Below, in pieces: positions 9,238 through 19,636 of a stretch of DNA of 64,000 nucleotides. The notes beneath the pieces were generated by a model that ran no database searches, was not told the origin of the DNA, and saw only the letters and a program-made list of their open reading frames with translations. The position numbers and the translations under genes are program-made. Position 1 is the stretch's first letter; every line of letters begins with the position of its first letter. Source of the stretch: an uncultured Gammaproteobacteria bacterium (lineage in GTDB: Bacteria; Patescibacteriota; Microgenomatia; UBA10105; UBA927); contig CAYGFH010000001.1 in the NCBI GenBank assembly GCA_964349125.1, forward strand, positions 133,408 through 197,407. The letters are read 5' to 3'.

Positions 9238-10560
9238 TTACTGCTCAGTGTAACTGATTGTGGCAACACAAGTAACACATATGACCAGCAGTATAAGTAT
9301 ACACTGTGCGTACAACCGGATTTTTTCTGGAGCAAGCCGGGGAAAAAAAACGGGCAATGTACTGGAAAGGATCGCGAGAATGTACACCCTGTGAATTGTG
9401 TAGGAAAATCCATACTGTACTCCCCAACTTTGTTGAATCATGGACAATCCGGTCAAAAGGTAGAAGACTGCCATAGAAATCGCATTGTGAATACCTTGCT
9501 CTTTGATAAATACCGCAGTTGATATGGCGAGGAACGGATAAAACGGATAGCGATACCATCCATGCAGTGATTCAGAGGGAATTGCCATAGTATAAATCAG
9601 AGCATATGCCAAAAGGCCAAATACGATGGGATACTGTTTTTTGTAATTGGAAATGAGAAACAAACTGGCAGCCCAACCGAAATATATCCATCCGTCCACA
9701 AATGACCGATCTGCGATAAGCGGATCTGTGAATAGCTTGAACATACTATCAAACGCCATATCGTACCTGGCGAGCTGTAATTTCCATAAATTCAAAAAAA
9801 CATTTCCATCAAGCTGAAATCCCCACAGTAAAAACAATGAAAATGCCAGAACGGTTACATATGCGACCGCAACTGCTTCTTTCCATTTTTTTGTGTATAT
9901 AAACATAGCCGTGACAGCGATGGGCGATGCTATCCATGGTACTTTCGCAAGCGGCAACAGTGCACATAGGAGAAATAAAGCGTATAAGAATACCCGGTTT
10001 GGACGGGTAATGTGCGAGTACGCGAGAAACAGCGAAAGTATGAAAAGCGGGATGAAAAAGTTTTCGTTTTGTACCAGACGTGACCCGATGACGACGGTCG
10101 GCGTGATTGCATAGATACCGGTCGCAAGAAGAGCAATGCTATTGCCATACACCGCCTGAGCTAGCAGAAATACAGCTATCATCGAAGCTGCACCCAACGC
10201 AAGCGCGAGCGGCCTAATTTTTTGTATCGTCACCTGATCAAACGACCTCACCCCTCGCAGCCTGGCAAATCCCCCCGCAAGCAGTCCGAAAAGCGGTGGG
10301 TGCTCCAGATACGGAGTCACCAGTGTAAAATGTGTTTCTTTAGGATTGTAGTACTCTTGGCGTTTTTCATACGCGCCATGAGGCGACCACGACGTTGGCC
10401 TACCATCTTGCCACAGACTTATTCCCAAAAACGTCCATGCAAATTCATCAAATGTTGCTCCTTCTCTGGGCCATGTTTGGTAATTATGATATCGAAGGGA
10501 CATTCCGACACACAATATGATGCCCAATAGGAGAAGTACATATTTCTGTTGCAGTTTCAT
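9238..10560 (-). CDS. Polytopic membrane protein, candidate GT-C glycosyltransferase or ligase-like.
   Basis: 440 aa with about 10 or more predicted hydrophobic helices. An N-terminal loop carries a DEF motif (ATFDEFAWTFLG) as in PMT/ArnT-type enzymes. Confidence 0.6.
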   Translation of the reverse strand: MKLQQKYVLLLLGIILCVGMSLRYHNYQTWPREGATFDEFAWTFLGISLWQDGRPTSWSPHGAYEKRQEYYNPKETHFTLVTPYLEHPPLFGLLAGGFARLRGVRSFDQVTIQKIRPLALALGAASMIAVFLLAQAVYGNSIALLATGIYAITPTVVIGSRLVQNENFFIPLFILSLFLAYSHITRPNRVFLYALFLLCALLPLAKVPWIASPIAVTAMFIYTKKWKEAVAVAYVTVLAFSLFLLWGFQLDGNVFLNLWKLQLARYDMAFDSMFKLFTDPLIADRSFVDGWIYFGWAASLFLISNYKKQYPIVFGLLAYALIYTMAIPSESLHGWYRYPFYPFLAISTAVFIKEQGIHNAISMAVFYLLTGLSMIQQSWGVQYGFSYTIHRVYILAILSSTLPVFFPRLAPEKIRLYAQCILILLVICVTCVATISYTEQ

Positions 10561-10567
10561 GGAAAAA

Positions 10568-11698
10568 CTATTGTGTATGTGTTCGGGCGGCTTTTGTAAG
10601 TATATCCAGACTTTGTCTGGTGACAGTATCCCATTTCAGTGACTGCACCCAAACTTTTCCGTTTTTTGCATACTGGGCATACCGGCGTGTATCGGAATAT
10701 AAATTAATAGCTTCCTCCGCCAGTTTCTGCGGAGAATTATCAGATATGACAACTCCTGTTTTATTGTGTTTCACCACATCACGAAGTCCCGCCACATTGT
10801 ACACCACAGACGGTGTGCCAACTTTTGCACTCTCCAACACCACCAATCCCCACCCCTCTTTCACTGAAGCGTGCAGTAGTACGTGGGATTTCGCCATAAG
10901 TTCGTATTTCTTCGCTTCGGATACTCTACCCCAAAATGTCGTTCGCTTTACAACTCCGTATTCATGCATCATCGCTGACAGCTGTGAGAGATATGTTTCT
11001 TCGCCCCCGCCAACAATCCAAAGGTTCGCGTTTTTTTGCTCTTTGAGAATAAATGAAAATGCCTTTATAACTTCTTCTATCCCTTTCATTCTGACAACCC
11101 GCGACACAAACACATAGGTAGGTTCTGATTCCTTCACCACATTCAGTTGGCCAACCTCACGGGTATGTTCAGAATTTTCCGGAATCGGACACGGGATTGC
11201 ATAGCACTGCGATCTATTTATTCCGCGCTCCACCAGTTCGCCGACAGTTGATTCCGCATCCGTCCAAAAAATGCACGTTTTGTATAAATTGAAATACCAC
11301 CGTTCAAGAAATTTACCGATAACATTTTTTGGGAACGAAAACATGTAGTCCCAAATATCGCCGGCAATTTCATGTATAAATACAATAACAGGAGTTTTTG
11401 TGAATAGCGGGGAAAAATACGGTATACCGTGTACCTCATCCACGATGACGTCATATGACCTGCGATGAAGCAGCAAATAGAACGGCACATAAATATGCAG
11501 AAGTGCACCGCTCCATTTCCGTAGTATTGTAACTCCGTCTATATTTTCAGTAGTTCGCGCTCCTGAATATGACCCGGTAAGCCACGTCACTGTATGTCCC
11601 TTTTTCACCCAGTACACCGCATGCTTCATGGTGACGAGCTCCGCACCACCGGACAAAGGATTGGATATATCTCTCCAGTTGAGTATGAGTATTCGCAT
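10568..11698 (-). CDS. Family 4 glycosyltransferase (GT-B).
   Basis: MRILILNWRDISNPLSGGAE N-terminus and a C-terminal LHASVKEGWGLVVLESAKVGTPSVV motif (the EX7E region). Confidence 0.8.
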   Translation of the reverse strand: MRILILNWRDISNPLSGGAELVTMKHAVYWVKKGHTVTWLTGSYSGARTTENIDGVTILRKWSGALLHIYVPFYLLLHRRSYDVIVDEVHGIPYFSPLFTKTPVIVFIHEIAGDIWDYMFSFPKNVIGKFLERWYFNLYKTCIFWTDAESTVGELVERGINRSQCYAIPCPIPENSEHTREVGQLNVVKESEPTYVFVSRVVRMKGIEEVIKAFSFILKEQKNANLWIVGGGEETYLSQLSAMMHEYGVVKRTTFWGRVSEAKKYELMAKSHVLLHASVKEGWGLVVLESAKVGTPSVVYNVAGLRDVVKHNKTGVVISDNSPQKLAEEAINLYSDTRRYAQYAKNGKVWVQSLKWDTVTRQSLDILTKAARTHTQ

Positions 11699-11701
11699 AG
11701 A

Positions 11702-12493
11702 TTAGCCTATGTTAATTCGGAAATTTAACTCAGGATCATACCGCCACTTACGTTTACTTGCGGTGTCATAATAGTGTCTGATTCGGAGCCGGTAAAATAC
11801 CGCGAGTGTATCTTTCACCATGTTAAAAATTACGAGAAGTAATTTTCTAAACACTATACTGGATTTGGCTGAAAAGAAATCTATCTGAACAGGAGCCTCG
11901 TAAATTCGCCTGTACCCTAATCTGTATGCCACTGCGAGAATTTCTATGTCGAATGCAAATTGTTTCACCAGTAATCGTGGCAGCACATCTTCCAGTAGCT
12001 TTCGGCTGTATATTTTCATACCGACCTGGGTATCGCGCACGTCCAGACCGAACAACAGTTTTGTGAATTTTTGGTAGCCAAACGATAGTATTTTGCGAAT
12101 AAGCGGGTACTCTACTTTTGAATCGGGATGCCGTTTACTTCCGATAACGACATCTGCATGTGAAAAAACAAATTGTTCAAGCATAAGAGGAAGGGATGAG
12201 GGTTTCAAATCACCGCCTGCGTCCATAAAACCGATTACATCGCCCATTGCGTTGGAAAATCCAAAGCGCACGGCGTACCCTTTTCCATGATTTGTTTTAT
12301 ACCCCACCACTCTCACCCGTTTATCTTTTATTTTTTTGGCTTCAGCAAAGCTGTTATCCAATTCCCCATCGATAACCGGGATTATCTCGAAATCGTACGT
12401 TCTATGTGACAGGATTTCGATAACCGACTGGATATCGCGTTGTATGGTTTTCTCCTGTTTGTATACCGGAATTATAAGGCTAAATTTTTTCAT
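11702..12493 (-). CDS. Family 2 glycosyltransferase, DPM1/GtrB-like.
   Basis: FSLIIPVYKQEKTI...DAGGD. It sits upstream of a Wzx flippase gene and overlaps it by 14 bp. Confidence 0.7.
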   Translation of the reverse strand: MKKFSLIIPVYKQEKTIQRDIQSVIEILSHRTYDFEIIPVIDGELDNSFAEAKKIKDKRVRVVGYKTNHGKGYAVRFGFSNAMGDVIGFMDAGGDLKPSSLPLMLEQFVFSHADVVIGSKRHPDSKVEYPLIRKILSFGYQKFTKLLFGLDVRDTQVGMKIYSRKLLEDVLPRLLVKQFAFDIEILAVAYRLGYRRIYEAPVQIDFFSAKSSIVFRKLLLVIFNMVKDTLAVFYRLRIRHYYDTASKRKWRYDPELNFRINIG

Positions 12494-13739
12494 GAGACTG
12501 GACCATATAATACCCTATGGTTCCTATGGCAAGCAATACGCTCACTATAATATTTATAACTATTACCGACAGTATACTCGTATGCATGGTTGTAATCGCC
12601 AAAATCTGAAGGATCGCCGCAATAATCGGAATAACCCAGACTCCCGTGTGACCCAATGCAAGACAAGCCAAGGACATAATATTTCCTATGGAAAACATGG
12701 CAATAAACACACCAAAATATCCCAGTAACGCTGATGCGTCTACATACGCGTTACCAAAGAGCATCCGAACGATAATATCCGGAATCAAAAAATATACGCC
12801 GCTTAACAGGGTGGATATGGCAGTCACGCCCGCAAGGGATGTCAGTATAATTTTTTTGGTCGCGGCACCCTGGGCGGTTTTTTCAGATATAACGGGAAAC
12901 ATGACCTGTGAGACGGCGGAAGACGCGTAAAAAATAATCTTACCGAGAATCGCAATCGCAGCATATGTTCCCGCCTGGGCCGGAGAAAAGTAATGCCTGA
13001 CAAGGATGATATCCGTAGAGTAGAGTGATGTAACTCCAAGAAGCGCGAGCAGTGTCGGGACGCCGAATTTTATCGCGTCGCTTTTTGGTATTCCCGCCGG
13101 TTTGGCTTCCGATTTCAATATTTTTTTCATCGGAATAAAATACACACCGTACACACTGACCGATGCAATAATTGCTGCAAGAAGAACCCCCATTACGCCC
13201 CACACGACAAACGGGATGCTAAGTGACAGTTTAATAACAAGCATAGCCAGGGACAGTGCGCTAAACCAGGCAAATTGCTGATATCCCTGCAGTACACTCG
13301 CTGTCACGATAGATAACAGCGTCACAACAAACAAAACATAGACAAGCACAAATAAGACGGGAGATGATAAGTGCAGAAAGTGTGTGATCATTGGTGATAC
13401 GAACACGATGACCGGCAAAAAGACCAGACACGACAACGCACATAATTTCGATACTTTGATAAACAGTGATTTGGTCTGATTAATGGTACCGGTGGCCTTT
13501 ATCTGCGAAATAAATTTCACAAGTATTGTCTGCCCGACAACCAGAGGAACCGTAAAAATGTACAGTATTGAAAATAACGAGGATAATTCACCGTATCCGG
13601 AAGGCCCCAGCATCCGCCCCATGAGCAGGTGGTATACATATGAAATTATATTCGTACCCATGGATCCGGCAAACACGATGAGGCTATTTTTTGCCAGGCT
13701 GTTTTGTGATGTTTCCGCAGTGTTTTTCGTTTGTACCAT
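12480..13739 (-). CDS. Wzx-like oligosaccharide flippase (MOP/PST superfamily).
   Basis: 419 aa with about 12 TM helices and a polysaccharide biosynthesis protein family N-terminus (SLIVFAGSMGTNIISYVYHLLMGRMLGPSGYGE). Confidence 0.75.
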   Translation of the reverse strand: MVQTKNTAETSQNSLAKNSLIVFAGSMGTNIISYVYHLLMGRMLGPSGYGELSSLFSILYIFTVPLVVGQTILVKFISQIKATGTINQTKSLFIKVSKLCALSCLVFLPVIVFVSPMITHFLHLSSPVLFVLVYVLFVVTLLSIVTASVLQGYQQFAWFSALSLAMLVIKLSLSIPFVVWGVMGVLLAAIIASVSVYGVYFIPMKKILKSEAKPAGIPKSDAIKFGVPTLLALLGVTSLYSTDIILVRHYFSPAQAGTYAAIAILGKIIFYASSAVSQVMFPVISEKTAQGAATKKIILTSLAGVTAISTLLSGVYFLIPDIIVRMLFGNAYVDASALLGYFGVFIAMFSIGNIMSLACLALGHTGVWVIPIIAAILQILAITTMHTSILSVIVINIIVSVLLAIGTIGYYMVQSHEKI

Positions 13740-13741
13740 AC

Positions 13742-14428
13742 TCAGTCAAGTATTCTGAATTTCACTAATGTCCAAAATGCCATAACTCCATCTCTCCACG
13801 TCAGTTTTTTACCTTCCGCAAATGTTCTGCCAAAATAAGAGATTGGCACCTCATAGATCTGATATCCCTTCTTTAGAACTTTAGCGGTAATCTCCGGTTC
13901 AACATCAAATTGTTTTGAACAAATATCGATACCCTTAATCACTTCTTTTCGAAACACTTTGAACCCCGTCTCCATGTCGGTTATATTTGTGTTGTACAGG
14001 ATATTTGTTATCAGTGTCACGAATTTATTTCCCAGTTCATACACAAACATGGTAGATAAATGCGATCCCAAAAATCTGGAACCGTAGACGATATCAACAT
14101 GCGAATTTTCAAACGGAGACAGGAGTGTAGGGTAATCTTTGGGACTATACTCCAGATCCGCATCCTGCACGAGGATAATATCTCCTGTCGCCCTGGCAAA
14201 ACCAAGTTTCAATGCACTCCCCTTGCCTTCATTTTTTTGTTTACGTATCACACTGACTTTCTTTTCCCACTGTGTGAGGACGTTGCCGGTGCCATCTGAA
14301 GACCCATCATCGACGACGATTATTTCCACGTTCCACCCGGAAACTTTTGCTGCAAGTACACTTTCAAGCGCACTGCTTATTGTTGCTTCTTCGTTATACA
14401 CCGGAATTACAATTGAAAGTTTTTTCAT
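13742..14428 (-). CDS. Family 2 glycosyltransferase. Likely a polyprenol-phosphate sugar synthase (DPM1/GtrB-like), 228 aa.
   Basis: LSIVIPVYNEEATI...IIVVDDGSSDGT...VQDADLEY, with size and motifs typical of Dpm1/GtrB. Confidence 0.8.
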   Translation of the reverse strand: MKKLSIVIPVYNEEATISSALESVLAAKVSGWNVEIIVVDDGSSDGTGNVLTQWEKKVSVIRKQKNEGKGSALKLGFARATGDIILVQDADLEYSPKDYPTLLSPFENSHVDIVYGSRFLGSHLSTMFVYELGNKFVTLITNILYNTNITDMETGFKVFRKEVIKGIDICSKQFDVEPEITAKVLKKGYQIYEVPISYFGRTFAEGKKLTWRDGVMAFWTLVKFRILD

Positions 14429-15468
14429 ATGATAGCTTTTTTGTATGACTCCACCGTTTCATTCGCAACACGTTTCCAGTTGAACCGGGACACCCAATCC
14501 AGACCTTTTTCAATTACTTCTTTTCTTTTCGCATCGCTACGGGTAACTGCCTCTACAATGCCGCTCCGTATTGATCGGATATCCAATGGATCCACCTGTG
14601 TAGACGGACCGGAAATCTCAGATAGTGATGCGGCGTTCGAGCTTACCACAGGGCAACCAAGCGAAAGTGCATCAACAACAGGAAAACCAAATCCTTCATA
14701 AAATGACGGCTGAATAAGTGCAACTGCAGCCGAATACAACTCAGCCAATGCTGTGCTATCCACAAATCCGGGTGTATGCACAAACGATGATACACCTTCT
14801 GATTGTATGATCTCACGGATTTCTTTTGTCTCCCGGATGGTATCGTCACAAAATGCTTTACCCACCATGACAAGATGCAGTGACGGAAACTCTTTATGTA
14901 CGAGGGCAAACGACCGTATAAGCCCGGGGATGTTTTTATTCCAATTCACATCTCCGACATACATGACAAACTGATTTCCACTGGTATATTTGCTTCGAAT
15001 TTCTCTTGCTGACCTCTTTGAAGGTTGTCTCTGTATAGATGGAGCAAGATAAATCACATCAATGGTGGAGGGATTCTTCCCTACTATACGGCTTATATCC
15101 TTTTTGGAGGTTTCTGAATCGGTTATGACCCGCCGAACACTCCTAAGTGACACTTTCTGAAACTGCCATCTGATACCCCCTTTGATTCCTGAGGGGAATT
15201 TGTCGGGATACACAAGCGGAATCAGATCATGAACCGTCACAACACTTGGATATTTCCTAAAATGCGGCAATGTTAAAAAAAACGGATCGAAATATGGGTA
15301 GTGCACAAGCGAACAGGTATCAGGAATGTCGTGCTGATGGGTTATAAGGGAAAATACGTGGTCTTTTTCATACTGTTGCAGTGCCTCAATAAGCAGCTTG
15401 GTATACACGCCTACCCCACGCCCGCTGTGTCCGCTTTGAAGTGGTGAAATATCTATAGCAATATGCAT
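14425..15468 (-). CDS. Family 4 glycosyltransferase (GT-B).
   Basis: MHIAIDISPLQSGHSGRGVGVYTKLL N-terminus and C-terminal EGFGFPVVDALSLGCPVVSS. Confidence 0.8.
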   Translation of the reverse strand: MHIAIDISPLQSGHSGRGVGVYTKLLIEALQQYEKDHVFSLITHQHDIPDTCSLVHYPYFDPFFLTLPHFRKYPSVVTVHDLIPLVYPDKFPSGIKGGIRWQFQKVSLRSVRRVITDSETSKKDISRIVGKNPSTIDVIYLAPSIQRQPSKRSAREIRSKYTSGNQFVMYVGDVNWNKNIPGLIRSFALVHKEFPSLHLVMVGKAFCDDTIRETKEIREIIQSEGVSSFVHTPGFVDSTALAELYSAAVALIQPSFYEGFGFPVVDALSLGCPVVSSNAASLSEISGPSTQVDPLDIRSIRSGIVEAVTRSDAKRKEVIEKGLDWVSRFNWKRVANETVESYKKAII

Positions 15469-15471
15469 ACC

Positions 15472-17049
15472 TTAACTCCGTGCCTTTCGTACTGAAAGTA
15501 TACCCCATATGGTAAGTGTGATAAAACTGGCAATTGAAATCATATTGGCAACGCTCCTAATGGGTGTATCCTGAAATTTCAGATGTACACTGTGGCTTCC
15601 CTCGGGAACATGTAACCGAATTGTGCCTGTATCTGCATATGAAATATCCGTTCTATTTCCATCGATATATGCAGTCCAGCCTGGAAAATAGAGAGTATGG
15701 ACATCCATCTGACCTGATTGAATCATCTGAACCTGAAACTCTTTATTCATGTAGGAACTTCGAGTATTTTCCTTTACCGTACCGCTTGTAACGGTAGCCC
15801 GGCTTGTCGGCCTTTCTTTTTTCCATGCTGTCCATACAGTAGAAAAACTGTTTCCCATTGATGATGTACCATCTGAGAAATTTTTCCGAGACGTGTAATA
15901 CCGTTCGTCCCTGGGCTCATACATTACAGGACGCGAATACCGGTAGGTCAGTACCAACATAGAAAGTAGCAATGCGTATCCCCAGTACTTTGAACGCACA
16001 TGCCCAAACACGTAGGAGGCGGAAAATGCGGTGATAGGCACAGCAAACGCCAATAATCTCCAAGGATACTGGATAAATTGTATAGGAGTAAGTATTTCCC
16101 ATACGGGAGCACTCTGCGAAAACAGTAATAGTATGACAAGTAGCATCCATGTCAGGAAAAACCGTAATGGCGCTGTGGCTTCTGTACGCGTATATTTACG
16201 TGAGACAACGACAGATGACATAAGAATACCAATGGGAATCAGACCCAATTGAAATGACATTTTGTTTCCGATACCGCCTGTAGCCGAAAACTCCGATCCC
16301 CACGACGGGATAAGGAGCTCATATAACTGCACAAAATGATCTCGGAAATTCACAGTATTTAAACCGACCACATATTTTTGTTCAAGTACCGCCGGCATCC
16401 AAAAAAAAGCTGACAGAAGCACACCGGCAAAAAGGTACACAACAGAGCGTTTGCGGTACAGCGAATACACGCCAAGGAAGAATCCGAACAGCATGCCCAA
16501 AATGTTATGGCTCAGTACTACTGCTGCAAAACAGACCGCCGCTTGTATATATTTTTTGCGCTCCATACACCCCAGTGCAAATGCGAAAAATCCCATGGCC
16601 CAGATCTCACCGATTGATCCGCGTATATACAGATCCAAAAATACATACGGGGTATAGACTCCCACGATAGCACCGAGAGCTGCAAATCTCTGTGAGAAAA
16701 AATATAAAAGCCAATATGTGAGCCCTGCAAATAAAAACACATATGCTGCCGCAGACGACAATTGGAATGCATAGACAGCATCATGTGTAATAATCCGAAC
16801 CAGGGATCCTACGTAATTTGGTAACGGGTAATGGAATTGAAATATGGGGACGCCGTATCCGCTGTTCAAATCTGGCGCCCATCTGGGGAAGATAGTTCCT
16901 GAGTGCAACATTTTTGAAAATTCCACTATCCGGATAATATGGTACTCCCCATCATGCGTGGGTATATAGCGTGCTCCAAGAAGTGGGAAAATAGCACTCA
17001 ACAGTAATGCCGTTATACATACTCCCAGTAAAACAGCAGATACTTTCAT
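15472..17049 (-). CDS. PTPS-related (PF10131-like) polytopic membrane protein, putative GT-C glycosyltransferase. Paralog 1 of 5.
   Basis: N-terminal loop THDGEYHIIRIVEF...FPRWAPDLNSGYGVPIFQFHYPLPNY and a C-terminal TLYFPGWTAYIDG motif, both shared with four other genes in the window. Confidence 0.75.
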   Translation of the reverse strand: MKVSAVLLGVCITALLLSAIFPLLGARYIPTHDGEYHIIRIVEFSKMLHSGTIFPRWAPDLNSGYGVPIFQFHYPLPNYVGSLVRIITHDAVYAFQLSSAAAYVFLFAGLTYWLLYFFSQRFAALGAIVGVYTPYVFLDLYIRGSIGEIWAMGFFAFALGCMERKKYIQAAVCFAAVVLSHNILGMLFGFFLGVYSLYRKRSVVYLFAGVLLSAFFWMPAVLEQKYVVGLNTVNFRDHFVQLYELLIPSWGSEFSATGGIGNKMSFQLGLIPIGILMSSVVVSRKYTRTEATAPLRFFLTWMLLVILLLFSQSAPVWEILTPIQFIQYPWRLLAFAVPITAFSASYVFGHVRSKYWGYALLLSMLVLTYRYSRPVMYEPRDERYYTSRKNFSDGTSSMGNSFSTVWTAWKKERPTSRATVTSGTVKENTRSSYMNKEFQVQMIQSGQMDVHTLYFPGWTAYIDGNRTDISYADTGTIRLHVPEGSHSVHLKFQDTPIRSVANMISIASFITLTIWGILSVRKARS

Positions 17050-18194
17050 ACTGATTGTACTGAATTGTGCCTATGCGTGCGGTAGGAATATACGCATAGG
17101 AAAATTATTACCGGCAGTATTGTCACAGTAAGCCGAAGCAACGGTCCCGGTCCTTCATAGTATCCCATCCACATGTACGGCAAATGGCGAAGTTCCAATG
17201 AGAATGACAGTACGACAGTGAGCCAATAAATAAATGTATTTTTTCCGGCAGGAAGAAATGCCGCAACAGATATAATCCAGACAGCATACCACGGGTATAA
17301 TTCCTCACGTACGGGTCCCAGAATCATAAACACTCCCAAAAGCAGTGAGTACGAAATGACGAGCACTTTCTCCCACGATATGCCCCGCAAAAACAGGACT
17401 GGCAAAAGCACAACAGTCGCACCTTTCACGAACCATGAGGAAACAAACGCCAAAAGACCCAGCGCTTTTGCCATACTGGTGTGACGCCGCAGATACCAAA
17501 GCCCGAATAACGCGGGCAACATCATGTATATATCATTGTGTCCGGACAGCAGTACTTCCAGAACTATCAGTGGATTACTTGCAAAAAAAAGCACATTTTT
17601 TACAGATTTAGTCGCCACATAGATAAACCATGCAAACAGCATGTAGACAACTGCGTTCATAAGCTTAAACAGTACGATAGTAAACCAGATCTGCCCAAGC
17701 CCTGCGTGATGTGGGATCGCGCTCATCAATATCCACACAGGTCCATAGAGAGCTGTTCTATTTGCTGCTCTGGTAAACGCCAAGAACGGTTCACCCAGTA
17801 TTTCCGTGGGCATAACAATATAGGGGTTTTCTCCGTATAAATACGTAACCTTTGCAGTCGTAATGTAGTTAAAAATATCATGGGAATTGGCAGGATATGA
17901 AACGACAAATATACATGCGATGCCAATAATGAACGACCAAATAAACCTGTGAGAATTCTGTTTCACCTGCTCCGAATCCCGAAGGATCATGACATAACAG
18001 GCAGTCAGTATGGCAATGGCAACGCCCCATACCACCGTCACAACGTGGCGACTGCCGAGGGTGATATCCCGCAGAGCGGTGAGTGCTCCGTTCACTGCGG
18101 GTATATCGGAAAGTATGAGATTGAGATCACGAAACCCATACGAGCAGATAGCCAGGATACAGGAAACGATGGCGTATATCAGGTAATAGTGCAT
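17046..18194 (-). CDS. Polytopic membrane protein, DUF2029/GT87-like candidate GT-C. Paralog of 53787..54956.
   Basis: 382 aa. Motif NSHDIFNYITTAKVTYLYGENPY aligns with FSYDFFNYLFTAKTVLIYHKNPY in the other copy. Confidence 0.6.
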   Translation of the reverse strand: MHYYLIYAIVSCILAICSYGFRDLNLILSDIPAVNGALTALRDITLGSRHVVTVVWGVAIAILTACYVMILRDSEQVKQNSHRFIWSFIIGIACIFVVSYPANSHDIFNYITTAKVTYLYGENPYIVMPTEILGEPFLAFTRAANRTALYGPVWILMSAIPHHAGLGQIWFTIVLFKLMNAVVYMLFAWFIYVATKSVKNVLFFASNPLIVLEVLLSGHNDIYMMLPALFGLWYLRRHTSMAKALGLLAFVSSWFVKGATVVLLPVLFLRGISWEKVLVISYSLLLGVFMILGPVREELYPWYAVWIISVAAFLPAGKNTFIYWLTVVLSFSLELRHLPYMWMGYYEGPGPLLRLTVTILPVIIFLCVYSYRTHRHNSVQSV

Positions 18195-18317
18195 ACGTAA
18201 ATTATATATCCATCTTACTCAGGTTTGCAGTCCCGATGAACATCGGGGCGAATAAGCTGATTAGATGGATGTATACTCAAAAAATATATTGCGAATCTAA
18301 GTTTTTTGGGTATATTG

Positions 18318-18857
18318 TTACTGCGATATTGCGCGACTTACATCTTTTCTACTATTCTTTGATCCGGATATTAGTTCATGAATAGGTATATAAGATGCAT
18401 TCCCAACTTCAGGTTTCCATGTAAATTCTTTCGGAGTAACGAGTTGCATGGTGTTAAGTAGTGCGATATGAGTGTCAGCGGCACCCTGTATCAGCTGCAC
18501 CAGATCGTTTGGGTTCTTGCCGTTTGCCGAAACCGACCTGACAGAGTCTTTTAACCGGACAAAGTGGGCATCGCTTCTGGTGAGCGCATCCATGGCAAGC
18601 AGATATTGCTGGTATTCAAACAGGGTTTTTGCCTCAACAAGATATTTATCCGAAAGCTCCAGATGATACTTCGTCTGGGCGATATCACCTAAGTACCAAT
18701 ACTTCTTTAACGAATCCAATACTCGGGTCACAGCGTATACTTTGTTTCCCGGCATGGCTGATGGGTATGGAAGCATGTATGAGGCATACACACTCACTGG
18801 TCGAAAGAATACCCAATACAAAGCAATGACTATGTATACTGCCAGGTATTTCTTCAT
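18318..18857 (-). CDS. Small exported or membrane-anchored hypothetical protein, about 179 aa.
   Basis: Start at MKKYLAVYIVIALYWVFF (an N-terminal hydrophobic signal or anchor). The rest is hydrophilic and helical-looking. No recognisable family. Confidence 0.5.
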   Translation of the reverse strand: MKKYLAVYIVIALYWVFFRPVSVYASYMLPYPSAMPGNKVYAVTRVLDSLKKYWYLGDIAQTKYHLELSDKYLVEAKTLFEYQQYLLAMDALTRSDAHFVRLKDSVRSVSANGKNPNDLVQLIQGAADTHIALLNTMQLVTPKEFTWKPEVGNASYIPIHELISGSKNSRKDVSRAISQ

Positions 18858-19636
18858 ATAGATCGTAGATATTTCACAAATGCCCATGGAAAATGGAGAG
18901 CACTATACAGTGAAAATTCAAATCCCGTCAGGCCGTCCACAAATCCTTTATGACGAATGTAGATTATTAAAAAAGTTAGTGCGGGCTTAACAACTCCGTA
19001 GAGAGCCAGAAGTTTTATCCTCGCCCCAAGTGTTGTGCCGTATGTTTTTGTGAGTTCCGCGGCTGTCAGCGTCGTATAGGTATCCGCCTTTTTCCAATAC
19101 TCCGACCGTGATCTGTAACTGTAATGTTTCATTGGGCGAAGCAATGTGTCTACTTTCCCGTCCACCTCAATCTGCTCATGCACACTTTTACAGGGAAACA
19201 TTGCCCTACCGCGTCTAACCAGCCTGATAACGCTATCCGGGTATTGCCCGCCCTTTTTCATAAAATGTCCCCAAAAATAATTACTCCGTGGGATAAAATA
19301 GCCATGTATTGCAGACTGTGTATCCGCTATAGCCAAAACAATCTCTTTTTTGAGCTCGTCAGTGATAAGCTCATCCGCATCCAACTGTAATATCCACTCC
19401 CCCGTACACGCATCCAGCGCTTTCTGCTTATTGATATGAAATATCTTCGGGTTATCTGTTTGTATGACGTGCGAAGTAAACTCGGAAGCGATAGAAACAG
19501 TTGCATCCGTTGATCCACCGTCAACCACCACTATTTCATCTGCTATGTCTGTGATAGCAGAAAGGCATGCCCGGAGATTTCGTTCTTCGTTATATACCGC
19601 GATAGCCACTGAGAGTCTTACTTTTTTCTTTTCCAT
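18854..19636 (-). CDS. Family 2 glycosyltransferase.
   Basis: VRLSVAIAVYNEERNL...VVVDGGSTDAT...LQLDADE. Same subfamily as 44201 and 45872. Confidence 0.8.
   Translation of the reverse strand: MEKKKVRLSVAIAVYNEERNLRACLSAITDIADEIVVVDGGSTDATVSIASEFTSHVIQTDNPKIFHINKQKALDACTGEWILQLDADELITDELKKEIVLAIADTQSAIHGYFIPRSNYFWGHFMKKGGQYPDSVIRLVRRGRAMFPCKSVHEQIEVDGKVDTLLRPMKHYSYRSRSEYWKKADTYTTLTAAELTKTYGTTLGARIKLLALYGVVKPALTFLIIYIRHKGFVDGLTGFEFSLYSALHFPWAFVKYLRSI

Noticed and set aside
18232-18247. A 7-bp perfect inverted repeat CCCGATG-AA-CATCGGG as an intrinsic terminator.
   Set aside because: No U-tract follows on either strand, and the loop is only 2 nt. It could still be a processing or attenuation site, so it is mentioned under the neighbouring finding rather than called a terminator.
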